From: Macrostomum lignano
Taxonomy: Eukaryota
Assembly: GCA_002269645.1 (NCBI GenBank)
Contig: NIVC01001620.1
Location: 124,001 to 188,000, forward strand
DNA: 64,000 nucleotides
Direction: 5' to 3'
The translations under genes were made by a program, and so were the position numbers. Below, in pieces: positions 48,942 to 60,544 of this stretch. The notes beneath the pieces were generated by a model. The model made no database searches, had not been told where the DNA came from, and saw only the letters and a program-made list of their open reading frames with translations. Numbering within the stretch: the stretch's first letter is position 1; each line of letters begins with the position of its first letter.

Positions 48942-49229
48942 TAAAATAGAGTTTGACGATCATCTGAAAGAAGAAAGTTGTGCAACTAATATTAGCTATG
49001 TGACTGTCTGTCTGTAATGTGTCGTCTGTACATAGACTGCACTGCTCGTATAAATTCTCAATAGGCTAATCACGAACATTACTTTACCTTATCAACTTTT
49101 ATAAATTAAATGGAACGAATTCAAAATTTTATAAAATTATATTAAAATGAAAATTGTATTTTTTAAGAAACGGAATAAAAAAGTACTCAAAAGGGAGAGT
49201 AGCAAAGCTTAGCTGCTAATATAAGTAGA

Positions 49230-49470
49230 GGTTAAAGGGTAGAGGCAAGGTAGCTAGCTAGGTTGGGAACAAGATAGCTAAGTTAGAGAGGAGGGCAAGT
49301 AAGTTAAAAATAGCTAGGTTAGGGACAAGGCAGCTAGGTTAAAAGTTAAAGCAGCTAATTTGAGGGCAAGGCAGCTAGCTAGGTTGGGGAGAAAGGCTAG
49401 GCAGCCTTGTTGGAGGGCAAGGCAGCTAGTTAGGGGATAAGCAACTAGGTTAGAGACGGCAAAAAACTAG
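49230..49470 (+). repeat. 241-bp direct repeat, copy 2
   Basis: Near-identical to 46860-47100. Confidence 0.93.
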
Positions 49471-50639
49471 GATAATTGGAAGGCAAGGTAGCTAAGAGGA
49501 TTAAAAGGCAATATAGCAACTAAAAGGCAGAAAAAAGTTTTTTTTATAGATTTTTTGTTTTGAAATTTATTTAATTTCAATTGCTTACTTTGCATTGCAT
49601 ACTAATCTAATAAGTAGTTAATAGTGGCTTAACTATATTTGATACATTGCACAATAATTGATGCAAGCCATTCACTTCAACTTCACCATGATAAGTAACA
49701 TACATGTGCAACCTCCAAAATTCGGTCAGCCGTGCAACTTAGTTTTAACAAAAAATGCGACAGTTTTTGGCCAAAAATGCGAATTACATGTAAAAAAACA
49801 CTAAAGCAAAATTAATGCAACTTTGGGTAAATGGCAAGAGTAACTATAACTGTCTTATTAAGCCAAAATGCCTCATCAGCTACTTAGTTCTACTACTTTG
49901 TGTTTCTTGGGTGGGCATTTTTGCGACTTCCTTGGTTGGCTACCAAATTGGTTGGCCGGATCAGCCGACTCGGCCAACTGTTGCGCATATATGATAAGTA
50001 AGTCATATTATTACTATCCATGGCATTATGTGCCAGGCCATAAGCTGAGTATCTTGCTAATGAATTTTAAATTCATTCTAATCCATATAGCTTATTAAAA
50101 CAAAGTCATATTTCAAAATATAGATCTCTAACAGATCAAGCAAAAGGTATTTAATCAGTAAATTTCTAGCCTTATTGCATTGAAATACAAATGTTTAAAA
50201 ACAAATAAGCTTTCCTTGGACTAGTCTATAAAAAAGTTCAATAGACAAGCTTTTTCCAGGCTAGATGGGAGATTTTTTTAGCTTTTTCCTTATCTAGTCT
50301 ATTGCTATCAGGTATATTTCAAATGTCAACTGACCTTGGCCCTGACTAGTCCATAATTTTTTACTTAAATGCATTATTATAGGCCAACTAGTCATTTTGT
50401 CCATATACAAAAATGGTCTGTCTGTGTCTATCTGAGAGCTAGAAGAGAGGGATGAATCTATTATATTATACAGTACAACAAAGCTTGGATTTGTCTAATC
50501 TTACTGTTTTAATACTTTTAACATTGTTGTGAGCCTTGTCCTCTCAAGCAATGCCCATAGCTGGACCTTGTTGGGAAGCTGCAACCACCAGGTCCCCAGT
50601 TAGAGCTCCTGTCCTATACCCTAAGGGGGAGTGGAAAAA

Positions 50640-51043
50640 TGACAACTTATATGGCTATACAATATAAATCAAGTGTGGTGCTATATACTTCCACATTGTG
50701 ATTTCAACTATGACACAATTCAATTTAGTGTCAAAATTCAGGCAGTACACAGAAGATAAATAAAAAGCCTAGTGTGATACATTCTATTTCTGAATGAGAA
50801 TTCAGCTGGTCAGTTTTTTCTCTGGCATTTTTACAATGCATTTTAAGTTAAAACTCTGTTTGACCTTTGCAAAAAGCAGGTTTTTGATTAGATAATCCCT
50901 TTAGCATCAAGCAATTTCTTATCCACAATGCATGTACTGTCATAGAAAATTTCTGATTAAATGGTGCAAGTTTAAAGAAAATTGGTTCAGCCATTTTTTC
51001 TAATCAATCACATGAATACCAATAAACCAATTTTAGTATATGG
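50640..51043 (-). mobile_element. Older inverted copy of the 41351 Helitron-like 5' region; another 5' stub at ~50400
   Basis: The reverse complement aligns with 41351-41760 and shows many CpG>TpG/CpA changes. Confidence 0.7.
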
Positions 51044-52010
51044 AAGAGATAGAGAGAAAAAGATAAAAGATGGAAAAGAAAGAATAAAAAGAAAAAGAAA
51101 TCAAAATATTTTCTAACCTTCAAAAAGTTGAGCAACAAAAATAGAAATTTCTTTATAAGATTTATATGATAAAGTTATTGTAGGTCCATTGAACCTCAAA
51201 ATTTTGTTTGAAAAATAAAATATTTTTTTTTCTAGGCAAAATGACCCAAATAAAATGTCTAATGGATTAGAATATCATAAAAAAATTTTAGGATAACCAA
51301 CCACTTGTATCATTGGCATGTTATCTATATTGTTATCTATAATATAATTATAGTCTTAGCATTCATGTGCAACCTTAGGCATCACCCAACTATCACTATT
51401 AGCAATAAATACATATAAGTCACTATTGGCTAATTTCATAATTTAAGCTATAACATTTATTGTCATTTCCTTTTTATAAGTTGCAAATTTTTTGTCAATT
51501 ATAAAAAAGCATACATTATCAGTTAACTTGCAAAGATTCCAGTTTTTTGGCTATGTAACAAAATGAATTGTTGTTTTCATATTAGCTTTTCTTATAATAG
51601 TAATTTTTAGACTCCTTAGATTAAATTAGGACATGATCCATTGCTGACTTTGTCTTATGCCTATATCTGTTTGACTTTCTTGGATGTGTTAAAAGATAAG
51701 ATACACATTGAAAGGAGCATGCTTGAGCACAACCTAGGGATTCACCCAGCTGTTTATCTTTTACAGAACAGAATAGTAGTCACGTGACTACTCTCAGCCA
51801 ATAGTGACTTACATGTGTGTGTGTTACCAATAAAAACAGCCAAGTGATTTCCAAGGTTGCACATGTCTGGGAAGGAGAATATATAAAATATTGTCTTAAT
51901 ATATTTTGTTGGTTTTTTTCAAGCAATAGGCTAGATAATAATTTAAGCATATCATTCCTTTGGCACTAAAAATATTATAACAAATTATTCCAAACTATAT
52001 TTAACTACAG

Positions 52011-52252
52011 AGGATTTGATTTTGAGAAAAACAGCTTGCATTTATTTAAAGAAAATGGAACCTTTATTGGATGTTAATTATGAACCACTGGTGCTAAAAG
52101 TCATTGAATATTATCAGCTTGGCTTTTTGTTTGATGATGGCACTGTTGAACTATTGGGCTCAGAACATCTAGAAACTGAAAATACTACTCACTTATTGCA
52201 AGAGAATGGTGCAGCTGCTCAGTCATTTGCATCTTTTGATGTCTGTGTTCAG
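52011..52252 (+). CDS. Unidentified gene, internal exon
   Basis: CTACAG|AG acceptor, open frame (EPLLDVNYEPLVLKVIEYYQLGFLFDDG), donor CAG|GTCAGT phase 0. Confidence 0.55.
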
Positions 52253-52659
52253 GTCAGTAAGTTTTTGTTACTTTAGATTTATTACCATTGCTCTATAAAC
52301 TGTGTTAATTAATATTAAAAATGACATAAGCTTCTCAAAAATAGATCCCAAATTAGCAGAAGCTGCAGTTTTTTAGTTTGGAGTTTTTTTATGGACAGTT
52401 GCCAATAACAGGCTAACTGTAGGTGACCCCTGCCAACTGAATTTTAAGCTGGATTTAAAACAAATAACAACCTTAGCTGCCACTATCCACTGCCCATCTT
52501 TCATTTGACTACAATCAGGGATGGGGAGTAGCACTGGTCACCTGAACAATCAGGGATGGGGGGTAACAGCGTTGACCTGTTAGTGCACTGTCAGTACCGC
52601 ACTGCACACACAGGGAAGGCATTCTGCTCCTACCTCATTCTGCTCTCATTGAAACACAG

Positions 52660-52989
52660 GTGAATGTGTGCACAGGTCACGTGACTAATATGCCTGTAGC
52701 TGAACCGCCCTCGCCAACTGAACGCGAGCAGCTCCGTCTAGCGGCTTGGTCGGCTCGGGCCCTCCGCTGCGATCGGGAGCTCGCCAGGCTCCGCTGCGCT
52801 GCTCGGCGTCTCATTGGCCGGCTGGTGCCGCGTCTGCGCCTGCCGAAGCCGCCGCGACTGCTCACGCCGAAGGAGCTGTCTGCGGCCCGTTTCGCCGAAC
52901 GGCTAGGCCTGCGCTACGACGGTGCCGGAGCAGGTCGCTGCATTCGCCGCGACTGCTGCTGCTGGCCTCGGAGGCGCAAGATATTTCAG
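52660..52989 (+). CDS. Unidentified gene, next exon
   Basis: ACACAG|GTG phase 0; GC-rich coding-like; donor CAG|GTAGCT phase 0. Confidence 0.6.
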
Positions 52990-53039
52990 GTAGCTAAAAG
53001 TAGTGGACCGCGGGTTAGTTTGGTAGAGTTGGTACACTC

Positions 53040-53695
53040 AGGGATGGGGACAGGGGAGTAGCAGTGGTCACCTGAGCAATCAGCGATGGGGGAGTAGCAC
53101 TGGTCACCTCAGCAATAGGGATGGGGGAGTAGCACTGGTCACCTGAGCAATCAGGGATGGGGGAGTAGCACTGGTCACCTGAGCAATCAGGGATGGGGGA
53201 GTAGCACTGGTCACCTGAGCAATCAGCGATGGGGGAGTAGCGCACTGGTCACCTGAGCAATCAGCGATGGGGGAGTAGCACTGGTCACCTGAGCAATCAG
53301 CGATGGGGGAGTAGCACTGGTCACCTGAGCAATCAGGGATGGGGGAGTAGGACTGATCACCTGAGCAATCAGGGATGGGGGAGTAGCACTGGTCACCTGA
53401 GCAATCAGGGATGGGGGAGTAGCACTGGTCACCTGAGCAATCAGGGATGGGGGAGTAGCACTGGTCACCTGAGCAATCAGGGATGGGGGAGTAGCACTGG
53501 TCACCTGAGCAATCAGGAATGAGGAGTAGCACTGGTCACCTGAGCAATCAGGAATGAGGAGTAGCACTGGTCACCTGAGCAATCAGGGATGGGGGGTAGC
53601 ACTGGTCACCTCAGCAATCAGGGATGGGGGGTAGCACTGGTCACCTGAACGATCAGGGATGGGGAGAGTAGCAGCTAGCAGCGGTCACCTGAATG
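53040..53695. repeat. 36-bp intronic minisatellite (GCACTGGTCACCTGAGCAATCAGGGATGGGGGAGTA), ~18 copies; ~2 more copies at 52515-52580
   Basis: Direct inspection. Confidence 0.94.
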
Positions 53696-53802
53696 TCACA
53701 CTCTTTGTAACTCTGCCAGTAAGCAATTAAAGGCGACCCTACTTATTCTCATGGCACCTGCACGCACCCATGCATACCCAGTCAGGGTCTCAGCAGCTGC
53801 AG

Positions 53803-54009
53803 GTGTGCCTGAGCGCCGATCCTGCCGGCTGTTTGCGTTTGGCACTACGCGACGCAGCCGGCCTGTTGCGCCTGCTGGTGCCAGCCTGGCGGCGGCCATC
53901 GAGACTGTCGCAAGTTCGGCGCAGGCATCGTCGTGACGAGTCCGCGGCAGACATTATTAAGGCTATGCTGAAGGCGGCTGGCTGCTGCGATCTGAGATTG
54001 CGTGGCTAA
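53803..54009 (+). CDS. Unidentified gene, last coding exon (in-frame alternative acceptors at 53782-53803)
   Basis: CTGCAG|GTG phase 0; ends TAA at 54009. Confidence 0.55.
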   Translation: MCLSADPAGCLRLALRDAAGLLRLLVPAWRRPSRLSQVRRRHRRDESAADIIKAMLKAAGCCDLRLRG

Positions 54010-54703
54010 GAAAATCTGAGACCTGAACGCTTTTTATTGTTTTTTTGCTCACACGGTTTAACTTTGGCATTACGGTTCGTTTTTTGAGTCTTTTCAAAGT
54101 CCTTTTTATCAATTCTATCTGCATTTGTTAGTTTTTCAACCAGATTAATAATATAATAATTTTCTGTATTTATCCCGCTTATAGATGAAACGTCTTTCAG
54201 TTTGTTTTATTTAGCATGGTCAAAACTGCGCTTCGATCACAAGCACATGGCGTTTGTTCAACAGTCTGGCATATGGTCCACGATTCTGGGGCTGATGTCT
54301 AAATGAAAATCTAGGGGTGACACTGCAGAGCCGCTTTGGGACCAAATTAGATGCCGCTGAGCCAGCCTTGCTACCACAGACAAAAGCTCCGTTACTTTAT
54401 GCGTGCAAGCCCAAATGGACTGCAAAGAGCTATACTTTTCAGAAGTTTTTATTCTGTTTTATTGATTTATGAAAACTTATATAAGCTAGTTGGTTTGTGC
54501 TATGAATTGTTATATTTTAAGCTGAATAAGTGAAGAATACTTAGTGAGTCCGTGGGTTCGATTTCACGATTCACGAGTCTATGAGAGCCAATCCATCAAC
54601 GCAACTAGACATTAAATGAAAAGTTCCTATCTTGAGAGTTTCCGAAACAAAAGATATCCCGATTTTTCTCCCGCAGCCTCATCTCACAGCCCAGTGTGTG
54701 AGC

Positions 54704-57629
54704 ATGGACGTATGCTACATGTGCGGCACAGCGGCCGCCACCTGCGAGGTGCAAGCGACGCCGAATCCAAGTGCACCGCACGAGCCCTACTTTCCCTCTC
54801 TAATGTGCTACGAGTGTCCGAGGGGCGCCAAGCCGCCAAGCGTATCTGGCAGCGTGCGCACCTGCGCCCAGTGCCGGCACCAGCTATTAGCCAGCTGGCG
54901 GCAGCCAAGTTCAACAGACGAAGCCAGCGCACAATGGCTACTGCAGCAGCAGATCTATATGAGCATGCTCAAATCGGCTGGCATGACCGGCCCAGCCGGA
55001 GGTGGCGCCAGTGCGTCCGATTTTTTTACCCCGTCCTCGGCTTACGGTCCGGAAGCGTTGATGAGGCTGGCCCAGCTTCAGCAACATCAGCAGCAGCAGC
55101 AGCAGCATCATCATCATCAACACCAGCAGCATCAGAAGCAGCAGCAGCAGCAACAGCAACAGGCTGTCAGGTCGGCAGCAAACAGTAGCGCTGGATCTTC
55201 GTCTCGCGCCAGTCCGTCAGTCGGCGCTCAGCAGATTCGCTGTTTCCTTTGCCGCAAAAGCATGGCCAAACAGGATGCTAAGATTGTGTACGCGACCAGG
55301 GTGTCGGATAATTGCGAGCATTTCCCGTTTCTAAAACAGCTCGTCCCGCCGCCTGAGGCGCTGCCGCTGACGCAGGGCGCTACTAAGCTGTGTTTGCAGT
55401 GCCATTCGTCTCTAGCTGAGCAGTATCGGCACTACGAGATAGTCAAGACTCCGCAGGACTCTCGAGTCTATCAGGTTGTAAGCGAGGGCGGCCAGACTAA
55501 GTTTTATTGCAATACTGGCACGTTAAGTCTTAGTTGCCCGTTGTGCGGCGATTCGTTTAAAGATACACCAATTTGGTTGTCATGGAAACCAACGGCGTCC
55601 TCTACCGGCGGAGGCGGCAATTCCAGTTCGACTCCGTTTTATCCTCTGCTTAGCAAAGTGACCTGCGAATATTCGCATCTATTGATTGACAAGCAGCGCG
55701 GCCGCTTGTTGGCCTGTCGCACCTGCTGCGATCACCTGCACCAGCAGTGGACCCAACAGGAGCGCCTGCCGCCGCAGTCCAGGTATTATCAGCTGCGTCG
55801 AACTCCGCCTAGTCAGCCATCGCCAGCTGGCGGCGGCGTAGCCGCGTCCCCGGGCTCGAACCCCGGCGTCCGGCCAATGATAGCCCAGTGTCACGTGTGC
55901 CTGTGCGCTTTGCACAATCCAGAAACTCTTAAACTATTGCGTCACAAGCCCAAATCAGGTCGGCCAGCTTCGCCTTATTTCCCATTTCTAGCCAACCTGC
56001 GTCACAATAGCCAGGCTAGCGCTAATGGCACCTTCCCAGTCTGCGATCTCTGCTATACTAACCTGCGCTGGCAGTGGATTCGCCGAAGCTCCAGTAGCGT
56101 AAATTCAATACCCGACGCTGCCTCCGCCAGTTATCAAACCGAATATATTTGCAGCGGCTGTCTACAATTGAAGACTTCGAAAGAGGAGGTCCGACTGCAG
56201 GGCGACTGTTTGCTCTGCTTGGATTGCGCCACTATTGGTGGTCGCGCTGGCGCCAGTGGCAGCAGCGGCGGCCGCGAGCGGGTAACGGTCACTGTGCCGC
56301 CCATCACGCGCTCCTCGGAGACTCGGCCAGCGATGGCCTCGACGCCGATTGCTTCGGCCGCTCAGCAGCTTCACCATCACCACGGATCCGGCGGTGGCGG
56401 CGGCGGCGGTTATTCCGACGCTTTGCGCAACATTGCAGCCAAGAATGCGGCCGCGGCGGCTGCTGCTGCCGCCACTCCAACATCGTCAGCGATGGACAAT
56501 CCAAGCATGGCGCTGGGTACCCTGCCGCCGCCTGGCTGGCTGGGCCCCGACCAGCTTGCCGCCTACTATAACCAGATGATTGGCTATAGCTATCAGTACC
56601 AGATGCTGCAGGCCCTGGCCTCAGCTTATCCTCCTTATCCGTCAGATCCGGCCTCTCTGGCTATGCTTTATGGCTACCATCAGCAGCAGCACAGGCCCGG
56701 GCATCAGCCAGTTAGCGCCTCCTATCCTCCATTCAGCACTAGTGGCGCCATGGCCTCCAGCGCTTCTAGTTCATCGGCGGCGGCGGCCGCAGCCGCGGCA
56801 ATGATGATGATGGACTCCTCACAGATGATGTCGGGCGGCCCGGCTGGTTACTATACCAATTCGGCCATGGGCGCCGGCCTGCTGGGGCATCAGTCCGTTC
56901 CCGCCAGGCCAGCAGGCGCTGCCAAGACAACCACCGTGACAGCGGCGTCAGCTACAGCAGCCAAGCCGCCGACTCCCGCTAAGTCGCTCGCGCCTACAGC
57001 CGCGCCTTCTTCTAATCGAGGCCCTGGCGCTGTGATTCCTTCCTCGCCCAGTATGAAAACTTCAAGACCGCCCGCTGCCTCCACCCAGCAGCAGCAGCAG
57101 CATGAGGACGCCCTGGATCTCAGCCGGAAGCCGGGTCTCCCTGCGCCTGTGATCCGGCCGCCATTCCTGGCCCCGGCCGCTGTCAGCACTCGGCCTGCCG
57201 GTTCCGCCCACAAAATGTTTCGCCCATTCGAGGACAGCGACGACGAGTCCAAGCCGACGCCGCCGAAGCCCTCGCAGCATACTCTTTATACAGCTTCTCA
57301 GCATCATCATCAGCAGCATCAGCTCTCGTCCCTGTCTCCGTCCCGCCCAGCTGCCACCGCAGCCGTTACCGCCGGCAGCCCTAAGCCGCCAACTCTGTCG
57401 CCGCAGCAGAGTCGCGTGGACGCCGCCGCGTCCGCATTATCTGCAGCGGCCCCGTCAGACAATCACAGCGCCGCCGCTGCCTCCGGCTCTCGGGTCGACA
57501 CGGACTCGTCCGAGGAGGGCAACGACTCGCCGGCCCACACGCCCGACCTGTTGCGGCGAAATCTCAAAGAGAAATCGAATTTTTTGCGAAAATTTCACCT
57601 GCGACCGCTCAGCCATGCTCAGAAAATTT
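54704..57629 (+). CDS. GSE1/Plexus-like nuclear protein, large exon with four CxxC..P[YF]FP[SFL]L..CxxC..[QW] repeats
   Basis: Repeated Cys modules; YSDALRNIAAK resembles GSE1 FAAALRKLAK; ALDLS is CtBP-like; donor ATTT|GTAAGC. The family assignment is from memory, not a search. Confidence 0.62.
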
Positions 57630-57709
57630 GTAAGCAATTTTTTCTTTTCTTGCTTGGCTTTCCCCATTAACCATAAATCTCTAAATTCGAAATTTATATT
57701 CCAAATCGG

Positions 57710-58635
57710 AGGTCCCTACCCTAGATCGGAGATCCCTACCCTAGATCAGAGATCCCTACCCTAGATCGGAGGTCCCTACCCTAGATCGGAGGTCCCTACC
57801 CTAGATCGGAGGTCCCTACCCTAGATTAGAGATCCCTACCCTAGATCGGAGATCCCTACCCTAGATCGGAGGTCCCTACCCTAGATCGGAGGTCCCTACC
57901 CTAGATCGGAGGTCCCTACCCTAGATCGGAGGTCCCTACCCTAGATAGGCGGTCCCTATCCTAGATCGAGGTCCCTACCCTAGATCGGAGATCCCTACCC
58001 TAGATCGGAGGTCCCTACCCTAGATCGGAGATCCCTACCCTAGATCGAAGATCCCTACCCTAGATCGGAGGTCCCTACCCTAGATCGGAGGTCCCTACCC
58101 TAGATCGGAGATCCCTACCCTAGATCGAGGTCCCTACCCTAGATCGGAGATCCCTACCCTAGATCGGAGGTCCCTACCCTAGATCGGAGGTCCCTACCCT
58201 AGATCGGAGGTCCCTACCCTAGATCGGAGGTCCCTACCCTAGATCGGAGGTCCCTACCCTAGATCGGAGGTCCCTACCCTAGATCGGAGGTCCCTACCCT
58301 AGATCGGAGGTCCCTACCCTAGATAGGCGGTCCCTATCCTAGATCGAGGTCCCTACCCTAGATCGGAGATCCCTACCCTAGATTAGAGATCCCTACCCTA
58401 GATCGGAGATCCCTACCCTATATCAGAGATCCCTACCCTAGATCGGAGGTCCCTACCCTAGATCGGAGGTCCCTACCCTAGATCGGAGATCCCTACCCTA
58501 GATCGGAGATCCCTACCCTAGATCGGAGGTCCCTATCCCTACCTTAAATCGGAAGTCCCTACTTAGATCGAGGTCCCTACCCTAGATAGGCGGTCCCTAC
58601 CATAGATCAGAGATCCCTACCTTAGATCGCAGGTC
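57710..58635. repeat. 20-bp intronic minisatellite (ATCGGAGGTCCCTACCCTAG), ~45 copies
   Basis: Direct inspection. Confidence 0.95.
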
Positions 58636-58831
58636 TGTATTATCAATTCTTTGGGATAAAGTTTTTCCCCACCGTACATTAATAATTCATGTATGTATAG
58701 TTGATCATTTTCACATTTAAAATTAATTTATATTCCACATTTTATTTTACGATGATGCACTACTTGTATTACTATTCAGCATTGTTCAGTAGTATATAAT
58801 ACCGCGCCCTATTTTGCTCGAACTTCTACAG

Positions 58832-59082
58832 GCCACAGGCAAACTCGCCAGCTAGTGCGCAAGTATCTGCGTCGAATTCGCAAACGGTCCAAAGCCGCTT
58901 CGCGTTTGGCTACGTCGAGAATTCTTCGCCGTCTTGAGGTCGACGTCGCTAATGCCGACCATGCTGCGGCCGTCGCCGAAGTGCCCGAAGGCAACGGCAG
59001 CTGCAACGGTAGTCCTCCAGCGACGGCGGACCTGGTGGCTGCTGCAGCTGCCGGCAGTGTGGACGTAGAAATGTCGGCCTGA
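58832..59082 (+). CDS. GSE1/Plexus-like gene, next exon
   Basis: TTCTACAG|GC is phase 1 and joins in frame (CHRQTRQLVRKYLRRIRKR); TGA at 59082, or an earlier donor. Confidence 0.55.
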
Positions 59083-59249
59083 TAAATGTCTCAGTATTTA
59101 CCTTGAACAGTGTCAGAAAATTTACTATTAATACTGTCCGAAAATCTCCCAAAACTAGTATCCAAGAATCTTCTCAACTGGTGTCCGAGAATATCCCAAA
59201 GTTGTCTGAGAATCTCCCATAATTTTAGCTTAGTAATCTCCTATTAATA

Positions 59250-59700
59250 GTGTCCGAGAATCCCCTTATATAGTGTCCGAGAATCCCCTTATATAGTGCC
59301 CGAAAATCACCTTAAATTTGTCCGAGAATCCCCATAAATAGTGTCCAAGAATTCCCCTTAAATAGTGTACGAGAATCTCCTTATATAGTGTCCGAGAATC
59401 CCCTTATATAGTGCCCGAAAATCACCTTAAATTTGTCCGAGAATCCCCATAAATAGTGTCCAAGAATTCCCCTTAAATAGTGTACGAGAATCCCCTTATA
59501 TAGTGTCCAAGAATCCCCTTTATATAGTGTCCGAGAATTCCCTTTTATAGTGTCCGAGAATCCCCTTATATAATGTCCGAGAATCCCTTATATAGTGTCC
59601 GAGAATCCCGTTATATAGTGTCCGAGAGTCCCAGATAAATCCCATAATATTGTCTGAGAATATCCCATTAATAGTGTCCGAGAATCTCCCATATGCATGT
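59250..59700. repeat. ~23-bp minisatellite (TAGTGTCCGAGAATCCCCTTATA) with a ~116-bp higher-order duplication
   Basis: Direct inspection. Confidence 0.88.
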
Positions 59701-60544
59701 ATAGTGTCCTAGAATCTGGTACAGAACCAGTTCACGAAGCCACAGGTCACAGCAATCCATGAGTATTTAGCAGCCAGTTGATTATTGTTATGTGTTGCAT
59801 TATTGTTTATTTTCAATGCAAATTGGCGAGAATTATTGTTGAAATGTTCTGTTCGAATTAATCAGTACCAGCTAAAGAAATAAAAGTACTTTTATTCGCT
59901 ACAGAAATTGACAAATAGTTTGCTCTTCGTGAAACATTTTTGTTTTAGCGCTTCTTTTTTTGAGTATTCGTTGTCCACACCCACACCCCACTTACTACTC
60001 ATTACTGCCTGATTGCTAATAGTAGTATATTAATTCTCATCAAAATTCGATAAATTTATCAGCCTCTAATCTCTCTGTTACTAAGTCAAGCTATGGATTC
60101 AATTGTAATGAAATTCTCTGTACAGACTTTTGCGCATGCTATTTGTATCGCTTTTTTAGCTTACTAGCTGACTCGTATTATACTACTTGTATTAATACAC
60201 TCATCTACGAGTATATTTGGCGTTATTATTGTTATTGTAAGATTTTTTAATAACTTTTGGCGTATTAAAAAACAGCTTTTTAAGTAACTTTTGTCGTCGG
60301 TAGTTTGTAAATTTTATTTATTTTTAGCCGGTAAATACGCGCACATACTACTTGTATTAAAGCGATATCGGATCTCTTGTTAGCTACACTTTTAATTCCG
60401 AATTTTTAGTAGTATAGTGCGAATAAGATTCTCCCGGTTCTGTTGAATCTCTATTCACCGTGTCTACTCCGTTTCCGTGGCCGGATTTTCAATTTTGTTG
60501 CTTCATCAAACTACAACAATTGATAGCAATGTCCTCAACCCACC

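Noticed and set aside
46860-49470. Interpretation of the 241-bp repeats as LTRs of a TRIM
   Set aside because: No TG..CA termini, PBS, PPT or short TSD, and the insert gene retains an intron.
19901-59700. Regular repeat arrays as CRISPR arrays
   Set aside because: Units are head-to-tail with no unique spacers, no cas genes are present and the context is eukaryotic.
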